DNA from: Parcubacteria group bacterium GW2011_GWC1_36_108
GTDB taxonomy: Bacteria; Patescibacteriota; Minisyncoccia; Moranbacterales; GWC2-37-73
DNA length: 64,000 bases
Direction: 5' to 3'
NCBI GenBank assembly: GCA_000991245.1
Contig: LBRD01000003.1
Location: 6,734 to 70,733 of the forward strand
Below the pieces are notes generated by a model. The model was not told the DNA's origin. It saw nothing but the letters and a program-made list of their open reading frames with translations, and searched no databases. Below are positions 53,810 to 61,855 of this stretch, one piece after another. Each line of letters opens with the position of its first letter. The stretch's first letter is position 1. The position numbers and the translations under genes are program-made.

Positions 53810-53879
53810 TGTCATTCCCGTAAAAACGGAAATCTGGAACTAGGCATCACTCTGGATCCCAGTTAAGCCGAAGATGACA
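53810..53879. mobile_element. MITE-like hairpin element, family A copy 6 (short)
   Basis: TGTCATTCCCGTAAAAACGGAAATCTGG...CTGGATCCC...GATGACA. Confidence 0.65.
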
Positions 53880-54588
53880 ATGTGCGCTTAGCTCATTATT
53901 CAAATTATTTTTTGTAATTTTTCAAAAAATTTTAAAATTTATTTTTTTTAAATTTTTATAGATAATAACATTTAAATGTATGTCCGTAGTTGGTATATTA
54001 GAGATAGCAAAAAGACCTCTTATTTTGCTCTAGAAGCTTTGTATTTGATTAATCTATATACAGACACTAGAAGTAATAAAATATACAATCCTGGGGCAAA
54101 AACAGCTAAAATACACCCCAAAAAGAGCTTAAAATGACCTCCAAATTATGGCTTAAACAAGCCATAAAACGACGCTCAAAATTGACCTGTAAGGCCCCTT
54201 TGGGTAAAAAGTGGTATACGTATACCTCCTAATATGGCTTATCTTAGGCATTATTTCACGATTATGTTAAAAATGAGATATTATTTAAGAAATCTCAAAA
54301 AAGGAATATGATTATTGAAATTATCAGATATGGTTTTGGAGAGTATTTGATTGGTTGAGCAGAGTAATAGCATCAGTAGATTGATAGTAGGGTTAAATAT
54401 GAATACAAAAGATATTATTGGATAGTTGGTGGTATATGACTAACTGATGTTCTATTTGTATTATATGTCGTAAAAGATATAATGTGCGACATTGTATATA
54501 TTTATAAATAAGGTGTCTTCTACCCTATTTATATATCAAAATGTAGAGATGTGTGCAGATTGAAGTAATTAATTTTTGAATTTAAAAA

Positions 54589-55002
54589 CTAAAAAGTCAT
54601 TCTGAATGTGTCCGTGTTATGCTTAACGAAACCAACTGATTCGTATAACTTCTGCGCAGCAACTCGCATCGGATTACTTGTAAGATTTATTTGTTTTATT
54701 TTCCGCTGCTTTGCAATTTCAATTAATCCTAGGACTAATGCTCGTCCAAGACCTCTTCCTTGGTTATTATCGCCAATAACAATATCTTCAAGTCTAGCCA
54801 CCTCCCCTTTCGTTGGAACTTTGTGAATTATCAGGGACCCAAAGCCGATCAATTCATCTCCTTCTTCAAAAACCAAACAGACAGCATTTGCATCAGCAAC
54901 TAATGACGCATCATCAATAAGGATTTCTTTGCCGGTTAAAATCTTAAACAGTGGTTTTAATTTTTCCGCATCCCCTACTTTTAATTCTCTTAAATTTGGC
55001 AT
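54589..55002 (-). CDS. GNAT family N-acetyltransferase
   Basis: QGRGLGRALV acetyl-CoA-binding motif. Confidence 0.8.
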   Translation of the reverse strand: MPNLRELKVGDAEKLKPLFKILTGKEILIDDASLVADANAVCLVFEEGDELIGFGSLIIHKVPTKGEVARLEDIVIGDNNQGRGLGRALVLGLIEIAKQRKIKQINLTSNPMRVAAQKLYESVGFVKHNTDTFRMTF

Positions 55003-55088
55003 AGGATTATTTTTTATTATCTAGTGAAACGAGCGAAATGATTCGTCAGCAGACGAGTATTTCCGAGTGAGCGACGATACCAAAAGGT

Positions 55089-55159
55089 TTAATACCTTCC
55101 CCGACTTTGTCGGGGTAAGCCCAAAGGGTCCAGGGCTTGCCCTGGGGTGTTAATACCTT
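55089..55159. repeat. 51-bp GC-rich double-hairpin segment flanked by the 10-bp direct repeat TTAATACCTT
   Basis: CCCCGAC-ttt-GTCGGGG and CCAGGG-cttg-CCCTGG. The right repeat contains the stop codon of 55150..55539. Confidence 0.55.
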
Positions 55160-55539
55160 TTATTTTTATAATTTTTAATAGCAGCGTGAAGCGCATCAGC
55201 AGCTAGGTTTGAACAGTGCATTTTTGCTGTTGGAAGTCCTCCTAGTTCTTCTGCCACACTCTTGTTGGTTATTTCCAAGGCTTGCTTGATGGTTTTCCCT
55301 TTTGCCAAATCAGTGGTCATTGATGATGTTGAAATGGCTGCACCACAACCCAGTGTTTCAAATTTCACATCTTTGATTATTTCTTGACCTTGTTTATCCT
55401 TGGAAACCTTGATGTATAGGCGCATAATGTCGCCACACTTTGGATTGCCAACAGTGCCAACACCGTCTGCATTTTTAATTTTCCCCTGATTATGGGGTTT
55501 GGTAAAGTGTTCTAAAACTTTTTTTGAATATTTTTGCAT
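55150..55539 (-). CDS. NifU/IscU-type Fe-S cluster scaffold
   Basis: GNPKCGD, LGCGAAI, HCSNLA (three conserved Cys). Confidence 0.85.
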   Translation of the reverse strand: MQKYSKKVLEHFTKPHNQGKIKNADGVGTVGNPKCGDIMRLYIKVSKDKQGQEIIKDVKFETLGCGAAISTSSMTTDLAKGKTIKQALEITNKSVAEELGGLPTAKMHCSNLAADALHAAIKNYKNKRY

Positions 55540-55705
55540 ATAAATTTCTAATTTTTATAATTACCAAAATAATAAGTAAATTAATTGTGGTGAGAATATT
55601 TTTTATTTTTTCACTTAAAACAAGTCTCATTGGCTGTTAATTTCAAAAGTTGCAATTGTTTTTCTGTGACAAAAATAAAAATATATTCGAACCACAAACT
55701 CAATA

Positions 55706-56926
55706 CTATTGGAAGTCTGCGAGGACGTTGCCGGAAATTTTTCGCAGGCGTTTTACAACTTCTTTTATTTTTTCAATGACAGTGTCTAGTTCTTTTTTGG
55801 TGGTATGTTTTCCTAAGGTTAGTCTGAGACTGCCGTGAGCTTGCTCGTGCTTAAGTCCCAAAGAAAGCAAAACGTGCGATGGATCAAGTGCTCCAGATGA
55901 GCAAGCAGAGCCCGTAGAAGCCGCGATGCCGTCTAAATCAAGTGAGAGTATTAATCCCTCTCCTTCAACATCATCAAAACGAAAATTGGCATTATTTGGA
56001 GATCTTTTTTCTAATGAGCCATTAAGATATGATTTAGGGATTTCTTTTAGTACACGTTTGATAAGATAATCTCGCAGCTTGGTTATTTCAATAATATTTT
56101 TTTGCGCGGCTGGAGTTTTGATCATATTAATTGCTTCTCCAAGACCAACTATTGCTGGAACGTTGTGCGTTCCTGCGCGCAGCCTGAATTCTTGATCGCC
56201 GCCATCTTGCACACGTTTAATCAAAGTGCCTTTTCTAACATACAAAAGTCCAATCCCCTTTGGACCATATATTTTGTGCGCCGACATTGAAAGCAAATCA
56301 ACTCCAAGTTCATTCACATCACAATCAAAATAGTTTATAGCTTGAGTGGCGTCAGTATGAAATGAGATGCGCGGCAGCTTGTTTTCTGCTCGCTCAACAT
56401 TTATTTTTTTTAGCAACTTCCCTATTTCAGCAATCGGCTGAACTGTGCCAATTTCATTATTAACGTACATCACGGAAATTAAAATCGTGTTAGGTTTGAT
56501 GGCTGCTTTGATATCTTTAACTGCGATTAAGCCTTCTTTATTGGGCGCAACGAATGTCACATCAGCAAGTCCATCTTTTTCGGCAAATTTGCAAGCATCT
56601 AAAACGCAATGATGTTCAAATTTGCTGGTAATGATATGTGGTTTTTCTCCTGCTTTTCTGGCAATGGAATAATATGAACGCAAACCTCCCTTTACAACAA
56701 GATTATTACTCTCCGTGGCTCCAGAGGTAAAAATTATTTCAGAAGCATTAGCGCGGAAAAAAAGTGCAGCTTTAGCTCTGGCATCATCAACTGCTTCTAA
56801 GGCTTCTTGACCAAAACTATGCACACTCATTGCATTACCAAAATTCTGCGAAAAATATGGCAACATTTTTTCAAACACTTTAGCATCAACTGGAGTTGTG
56901 GCTGCGTAATCTAAATATATTTTCAT
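55706..56926 (-). CDS. cysteine desulfurase (NifS/IscS class)
   Basis: YLDYAATTP, SAHKIYGPKGIG (PLP Lys), SSGSACSS (active Cys). Confidence 0.9.
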   Translation of the reverse strand: MKIYLDYAATTPVDAKVFEKMLPYFSQNFGNAMSVHSFGQEALEAVDDARAKAALFFRANASEIIFTSGATESNNLVVKGGLRSYYSIARKAGEKPHIITSKFEHHCVLDACKFAEKDGLADVTFVAPNKEGLIAVKDIKAAIKPNTILISVMYVNNEIGTVQPIAEIGKLLKKINVERAENKLPRISFHTDATQAINYFDCDVNELGVDLLSMSAHKIYGPKGIGLLYVRKGTLIKRVQDGGDQEFRLRAGTHNVPAIVGLGEAINMIKTPAAQKNIIEITKLRDYLIKRVLKEIPKSYLNGSLEKRSPNNANFRFDDVEGEGLILSLDLDGIAASTGSACSSGALDPSHVLLSLGLKHEQAHGSLRLTLGKHTTKKELDTVIEKIKEVVKRLRKISGNVLADFQ

Positions 56927-56929
56927 AAT

Positions 56930-56962
56930 AGGTTTTAGGTATTAGGTTTTAGTTTTTAGGTT
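56930..56962 (+). repeat. AGGTTTTAGGT word array
   Basis: Direct reading. An inverted partner lies at 57819-57856. Confidence 0.6.
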
Positions 56963-56992
56963 GCTCACTCTAAATGCTAATTTCTAATTAAG

Positions 56993-57385
56993 CTAGTTTT
57001 TTATTAGGTCACTTAATTTCATCCCGTACAGTGTTTTTTTAATTTGCACTCCTAATTTATTCCAAACAACACTTGATGGACATTTATGCTCGCTGGAACA
57101 GAATTTTCCTACACAGCGCATTGGCGCAATATCTCCATCCAAAAGTTCTATGATCTCGCCAACCGGAATTTTTTTTGGGTCTTTCGATAACACATAACCA
57201 CCCTGTTTTCCTTTTGAGCTTTGTACCACTTCCCCATTTCGAAGGATTCCCATCAGTCTCTCAAGATATTTTTGAGAAATATTTTCTTGACTGGCAATCT
57301 CGCCTATTGTTTTTTGGGCTGGATAACATTGAGCCAGGTTAGTCATAGCCTTAAGTCCATATTCTGCTTTAGTGGAGAATCTCAT
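56993..57385 (-). CDS. Rrf2 family transcriptional regulator (IscR-like)
   Basis: Start moved to MRFSTKAEYGLKAM. Cys cluster CVGKFCSSEHKC. Lies upstream of NifS-NifU. Confidence 0.8.
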   Translation of the reverse strand: MRFSTKAEYGLKAMTNLAQCYPAQKTIGEIASQENISQKYLERLMGILRNGEVVQSSKGKQGGYVLSKDPKKIPVGEIIELLDGDIAPMRCVGKFCSSEHKCPSSVVWNKLGVQIKKTLYGMKLSDLIKN

Positions 57386-57420
57386 ATTTTTATTAATGTC
57401 TACTAAATTAGTATACATTC

Positions 57421-57449
57421 ATAATAATAGGCTTTATACAAATTGTCAA
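57421..57449 (-). promoter_or_regulatory. sigma70-like promoter TTGACA-17-TATTAT for the Rrf2-NifS-NifU operon
   Basis: Minus strand: -35 at 57449-57444, -10 at 57426-57421. Confidence 0.5.
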
Positions 57450-57461
57450 ATCGTATCATTC

Positions 57462-57489
57462 TTGCTTAAAAGTTAACATTTAGTATAAT
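57462..57489 (+). promoter_or_regulatory. sigma70-like promoter TTGCTT-16-TATAAT
   Basis: Upstream of 57539. Confidence 0.45.
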
Positions 57490-57538
57490 TACAGTAGAAA
57501 AATATCATCATAGTACCTTAGTAAGAAGGAGGAGATGT

Positions 57539-57745
57539 ATGGAAAAAATTTTATTGTGTCCAGATTGTCTGGACAATGATGAAAGAAAAATCATAGGGTG
57601 TGAGGATAGTGGAAGAAAAAAAGAGTGTCTTTGGTGTAGCGCTAAAGACAAGGCAAATTGTCCCCAGCACAAGACACCCCTTATTTTCTTTGCTAATCCA
57701 GGTTTGCGATGTGATCCTTGTGATGAAATAAGGAATATTTGGTAA
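57539..57745 (+). CDS. Cys-rich small protein (zinc-ribbon-like)
   Basis: AGGAGGAG SD. CPDC...C...CLWC...C...CDPC. Confidence 0.55.
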   Translation: MEKILLCPDCLDNDERKIIGCEDSGRKKECLWCSAKDKANCPQHKTPLIFFANPGLRCDPCDEIRNIW

Positions 57746-57775
57746 AAAGGCTGTGCAGCGACACAGCCTTTTTTT
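57744..57775 (+). terminator. rho-independent terminator
   Basis: GGCTGTG-cagcga-CACAGCC followed by TTTTTTT. Confidence 0.75.
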
Positions 57776-57795
57776 CTTGCTCAAAAACTCTTATT

Positions 57796-57804
57796 TGTTA
57801 TAAT
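57796..57804 (+). promoter_or_regulatory. extended -10 element TGTTATAAT
   Basis: About 58 nt upstream of 57862. Confidence 0.4.
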
Positions 57805-57818
57805 AAATTAAGTTATCA

Positions 57819-57856
57819 TATCACCTAAAACCTAGCACCTAATCACCTAAAACCTA
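57819..57856 (-). repeat. inverted ACCTAAAAC word array
   Basis: Reverse complement of the words at 56930-56962. Confidence 0.6.
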
Positions 57857-57861
57857 TTCTT

Positions 57862-58992
57862 ATGCGTTTATCATATTCAGCACTCGATAGTTTTCAAAAT
57901 TGTAGTTTGAAATATAAATTTCAAAATATCGACAAAATTAAAGAACCCAAAAGCAAAGAAGCTGTTTTTGGAACGCTTGTTCATGGCACGATGAAATTTA
58001 TTCATAATCCTTCTTTACTACCCCCGAAATTGGAAGATGCTTTGGATTATTTTTCCAAAAATTGGAACAGTGATGTTTTTGAAGATGAACTTGAAGAACG
58101 CAGCGCTTTTTCAATGGGTGTGGCGATGATTCAACAATATTATAAAAATAATATTGTTTCTGAATATAATATTGTTGATTTGGAAAGCAGGTTTGCTATT
58201 GAAATAATAGATCCTAAAAATGGAGCTAACCATACTATTTCCGGTATTATTGACCGTATTGATAAAACAGAAGATGGCTATGAAATTATTGATTATAAGA
58301 CAACCAAAAAAATGCCTTCGCAAGACAAGGTGGATAATGATTTGCAGCTATCAGTTTACTTGAACGCATTTTTGGCTCGCTACCCAAAAGAAGCTGCAAA
58401 TCTGGATAAGATTACCGTTAGCCTTTATTATCTCAAGCACGGCGTAAAATTGAGCTCACAGCGTTCACTTGAACAACTTAAAAATGCAAACCAACTTTTC
58501 CTAGATGTTATTGCGGAAATTGAAAAAGGAATTTTCGTGCCTAATGTTACTCCACTTTGCGATTGGTGTGGTTTTCAAAAGATTTGTCCGATGTGGAAGC
58601 ATAAATTTAAGGAGGAGAGAAAAATTGATAGTGAAGAAATTAATGCTGCCATTGGTGATTATATCAATCTTAAATCAGCTATTGCTTCTACCAAAACTCA
58701 GTTTGCTGAGCTGCAAGAAAAAATTACCAAATATATGGAGCAAGAAGGTGTTGAAAGAGTTTTTTCTGATGAAGGAATCATTGCTCAGACACTGCGCAAG
58801 ACCTATAAATATGATGAAAAACAACTTCGTGAAATTCTGGAGCCTCTGGATAAATGGGAGTCAGTCCTCAAGGTTGATGGCATCGCACTGAAAAATATTA
58901 TGAGTGTGCTGCCGGTCAGCACGCGGCAGGACGTTGAACGCGCCCGCGTTTTAGATAAAGAAAGCAAGAGTTTGACTATCAAGAAGAAATGA
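57862..58992 (+). CDS. PD-(D/E)XK nuclease (RecB/Cas4/AddB-nuclease-like, with Cys cluster)
   Basis: IIDRID...YEIIDYKT nuclease core. C...CDWCGFQKIC Fe-S-type Cys motif. Confidence 0.75.
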   Translation: MRLSYSALDSFQNCSLKYKFQNIDKIKEPKSKEAVFGTLVHGTMKFIHNPSLLPPKLEDALDYFSKNWNSDVFEDELEERSAFSMGVAMIQQYYKNNIVSEYNIVDLESRFAIEIIDPKNGANHTISGIIDRIDKTEDGYEIIDYKTTKKMPSQDKVDNDLQLSVYLNAFLARYPKEAANLDKITVSLYYLKHGVKLSSQRSLEQLKNANQLFLDVIAEIEKGIFVPNVTPLCDWCGFQKICPMWKHKFKEERKIDSEEINAAIGDYINLKSAIASTKTQFAELQEKITKYMEQEGVERVFSDEGIIAQTLRKTYKYDEKQLREILEPLDKWESVLKVDGIALKNIMSVLPVSTRQDVERARVLDKESKSLTIKKK

Positions 58993-59042
58993 TTTAAGCT
59001 GTATAATCTTCTTTAAAAACTAAATCCAAGGAGGTATTGCAA

Positions 59043-59198
59043 ATGGAAACTGATCCTGTTGTTTGTGAGTATAATTCTAATGACGAAGTTCTAAAAGAAC
59101 TAGTAAGTATTTTCAAAGAAGATCTTTACAATAGTGGTTATATCGATAAAGAAGGAAATATAATTGGCGTTGGATTACAAGGCGAAGACTTTACCTGA
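59043..59198 (+). CDS. small acidic protein, 51 aa (below track threshold)
   Basis: AAGGAGGTATTGCAA-ATG strong SD. METDPVVCEYNSNDEVLKELVSIFKEDLYNSGYIDKEGNIIGVGLQGEDFT. Confidence 0.4.
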   Translation: METDPVVCEYNSNDEVLKELVSIFKEDLYNSGYIDKEGNIIGVGLQGEDFT

Positions 59199-59218
59199 TC
59201 TCCAAGGAGGTGTTACCA

Positions 59219-59536
59219 ATGGAAAAACAATTCTTTAAGAAATATTTTCTGGATTATTGGTTTGGCTTTTTCGTTTGGATTGTTCTTGCGGTGCTAATTT
59301 TCCTAGTTACTCCAAGCGCAATCATGTTTTTTCTTGTTTTAGTACTTTTAACTTCCGTTTGGTTAATCCCCTATGCGGATTACGTTTCTAAAACCGCAGT
59401 GGAATCGTATATAGAACGTATACGAAGGGAAACATACCCAACAACCAAAGATATCAATGAGGACACAGATCTTATTATTTTAGGATTTGATAATGGACTA
59501 TTAAAGACCAGCAAGCTTAGCAGAAAAATAAAATAA
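59219..59536 (+). CDS. small membrane protein
   Basis: AAGGAGGTGTTACCA-ATG. Two TM segments. Confidence 0.5.
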   Translation: MEKQFFKKYFLDYWFGFFVWIVLAVLIFLVTPSAIMFFLVLVLLTSVWLIPYADYVSKTAVESYIERIRRETYPTTKDINEDTDLIILGFDNGLLKTSKLSRKIK

Positions 59537-59551
59537 TTGAATATATTTCAA

Positions 59552-59577
59552 AAAAGCCGATCAATTGATCGGCTTTT
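59552..59577. terminator. bidirectional terminator
   Basis: AAAGCCGATC-aatt-GATCGGCTTTT between convergent genes. Confidence 0.7.
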
Positions 59578-60286
59578 AAAATTTTAAATATTTTTCCCAA
59601 TATTGATACAGCGCCTTGGTGGCTTGCAAGTCCCCTACATTATATTTTGCAATGTCGAGAAATCTTTTTTCCTTGAAAAGTTGACCAACGTCATCGCTGG
59701 AAATCCCTTCTTCTTTGGGACTTTTGATGCCAAAAGCTTTGCTCCAGAGATGCAAGTTTCCTTTGCGACGAACTGCACCATAAAAAGTTAATTGATCGAG
59801 TAAATCGATATGTTTGGCATTTTGCGGCTGGCTTGAGAGATATCGATTAGCCATTAAATTTTTAGTCGGACGTATTTTATTAATAGCACTTCTGACAAAT
59901 AAAAAAGGCACATCGAATGTGCGCCCGTTAAAGCTGACAAATTCATCATACTTTTCAGCCAAGTTCCAAAATTGCGCCAGCATTTCTTTTTCGCCCAAAA
60001 CTCTGAATTTTATATTGCCATCTTCATAATCAGAAACGCCACCATCTGGCGCTTGAAAATACACTGCGCCTTTGTCCTTTTCAACATCATACACTCCAAT
60101 AGCCACAATTTGCCCCGTAAGTGGCGAAAAACAAAGCCCATTTTTCACTTCTGCCAATTCTTTTTCGTATTCTTCATCCGAAGTTGTCTCTTTCTTGATC
60201 CAACGGGTAAGCGCTTCCTGTGAAATTTCATCCAGCAAGTTAAAATCATCCCCGATTGTTTCAATATCAAATACTAATTTCCCCAT
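59576..60286 (-). CDS. RNase H-like 3'-5' exonuclease (PolB-exonuclease-like DEDDy)
   Basis: FDIET (ExoI), SFNGRTFDVPFL (ExoII), YNVGDLQAT (ExoIII). Confidence 0.7.
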   Translation of the reverse strand: MGKLVFDIETIGDDFNLLDEISQEALTRWIKKETTSDEEYEKELAEVKNGLCFSPLTGQIVAIGVYDVEKDKGAVYFQAPDGGVSDYEDGNIKFRVLGEKEMLAQFWNLAEKYDEFVSFNGRTFDVPFLFVRSAINKIRPTKNLMANRYLSSQPQNAKHIDLLDQLTFYGAVRRKGNLHLWSKAFGIKSPKEEGISSDDVGQLFKEKRFLDIAKYNVGDLQATKALYQYWEKYLKF

Positions 60287-60422
60287 ATTGTTTTTCTATA
60301 GCTTAAACATATCAATTAATACCTGCTTGCACAAGTATTGACACAAAATACATAATATGTCACAATACAGCCTTCGCACATTAACAATAAAATATAAAAT
60401 ACATACAGGAAAGGGGTACGAA

Positions 60423-61475
60423 ATGGAAGAAAATAGAATGTTTAATGATTTAATGGGTCACTTATCAGTACTTGTGTTTTTTACTGATGAGCAGCTGTGT
60501 TTCACAAAGGTTAGTCAAGCAATGGCTAATTATTTGAATACAGATATGGAAAGTATGATTGGTAAATCAATCTTTGAATGCTTTCCTGAAAAAGAGGGTG
60601 ACCAAAATTGGTTGGCGCACATTAAGAATACTGGCAAATCCATTCGCGGTAAGCTTAAAAAATTAGCTGATTCTGATGGGAATGAAAGTTATTTAACTAT
60701 GGATATAGACTCAAGATATAATGAGGAACGTAAATTCCTTGGTCTAATGGGTTTTGCCATGGATGTAACAAAAATGATGGAATATGAACAAGCGTTAACA
60801 GATCTCGTGTTAAACGAATCACATGGGATTAAGGAGCCAATCATATCAGCAACAGGTTTTCTTTCAAGAATTATTGAAGGTAAATATGGTACGATGAATG
60901 ATGAAATTTTCAATAGAGTAAAGTTGGTTCATAAGACTAACACTTTTGCTCAGTTGAAAGTTATGAGTTCATTGACTCAATTGGCTATGATCAGTCCTGG
61001 TGAAAATAATTTTTTGATACGCAAAGTTAGAACAAATATTCAGCAAAGCATATTAGGACCTATTTTATATGCTTACTCTGAAAAAATAAAAGAGAGGAAT
61101 ATTAAAGTAGTAAATAAAATTGAGAACCAAGATATTCTTATCAGAACAAATAAGGATTGGATATCTTCTATTTTTGATAATTTTGTAGATAACGAAGTAA
61201 AATATCTTGAATATGGAGGAACGGTCGTAATAGATTCATATATGGAAGATAGTAAGGTTTATTTTTGCGTATCTGATTCCGGAAAACTTCTCGACGAAGA
61301 TTTCGTTCGCAACAGATTGTTTGGAAAATTTCAGCAGGAAAATGAAGACCAAGATGGTAGCGGAATTGGTTTGTATGCTAACAGAAAAACCATTCGTCTA
61401 CTAGGTGGTGATCTTGGTTATCGTATAAACGAAAATGGCCAAAATGAATTTTATTTCTGGCTGCCAATGCAATAA
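60423..61475 (+). CDS. cytoplasmic PAS-domain sensor histidine kinase
   Basis: Start moved to the ATG after AGGAAAGGGG. PAS-like N-terminus, ESHGIKEPI H-box-like motif, DNEVKY (N box), DSGKLL, GSGIGLYA (G2). Confidence 0.7.
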   Translation: MEENRMFNDLMGHLSVLVFFTDEQLCFTKVSQAMANYLNTDMESMIGKSIFECFPEKEGDQNWLAHIKNTGKSIRGKLKKLADSDGNESYLTMDIDSRYNEERKFLGLMGFAMDVTKMMEYEQALTDLVLNESHGIKEPIISATGFLSRIIEGKYGTMNDEIFNRVKLVHKTNTFAQLKVMSSLTQLAMISPGENNFLIRKVRTNIQQSILGPILYAYSEKIKERNIKVVNKIENQDILIRTNKDWISSIFDNFVDNEVKYLEYGGTVVIDSYMEDSKVYFCVSDSGKLLDEDFVRNRLFGKFQQENEDQDGSGIGLYANRKTIRLLGGDLGYRINENGQNEFYFWLPMQ

Positions 61476-61490
61476 AAGCAACAACATTAA

Positions 61491-61533
61491 AAAGAGCTCT
61501 GCGCGAGAATCATCGTGCAGAGCTCTTTAATTT
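61491..61533 (+). terminator. rho-independent terminator
   Basis: AAAGAGCTCTGC-N14-GCAGAGCTCTTT followed by a T-rich tract. Confidence 0.65.
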
Positions 61534-61544
61534 TTCAAAAAAAG

Positions 61545-61579
61545 AAAAAAGGCAACAGAGAAATCTCTATTTGCCTTTT
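61545..61579 (-). terminator. second hairpin terminator (serves the minus strand)
   Basis: AAAGGCAAcAGAGA-aa-TCTCTaTTGCCTTTT with A/T runs on both sides. Confidence 0.55.
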
Positions 61580-61815
61580 CGTTCGCCTTAGCATAGTTTT
61601 TTGATGAAATCTAGGGTGAGATCGCTCAAACCTTAAATTGCGGGTTCAATTGATGCAGGCCGTTCGAATCATGCTTACTATACTGGCTTCCACGTTCGTG
61701 GAAAATACGTTTAATCTCACCCCTATTTTTTATTTTTCCCCAATACTTGGGCTGGCAGTCCAGTTTCCATCATTCAGGGTGAGTAAGACAGAGTTCGCCA
61801 ACTCGATCGTCTTAA
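61546..61815 (-). ncRNA. candidate structured RNA of unknown class (about 270 nt)
   Basis: ORF-poor. Minus-strand promoter-like TTTGCA-16-TATAAT (61849-61822) and a terminator at 61545-61579. Several hairpins and mutually exclusive GGGTGAG/CTCACCC pairings. Confidence 0.3.
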
Positions 61816-61821
61816 AACGAT

Positions 61822-61849
61822 ATTATAACATTACTAGAAAATATGCAAA
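61822..61849 (-). promoter_or_regulatory. promoter-like TTTGCA-16-TATAAT
   Basis: Directly after the stop of 61856..62440. Confidence 0.4.
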
Positions 61850-61855
61850 TTTAAT

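Noticed and set aside
54420-54445. CCACCA on the minus strand considered as a tRNA-like 3' end
   Set aside because: There is no complementary acceptor strand and no T-loop upstream.
61640-61675. GGGTTCAAT and GTTCGAATC T-loop-like strings considered as a tRNA or tmRNA
   Set aside because: No cloverleaf, acceptor/T-arm pairing or tag reading frame could be built on either strand.
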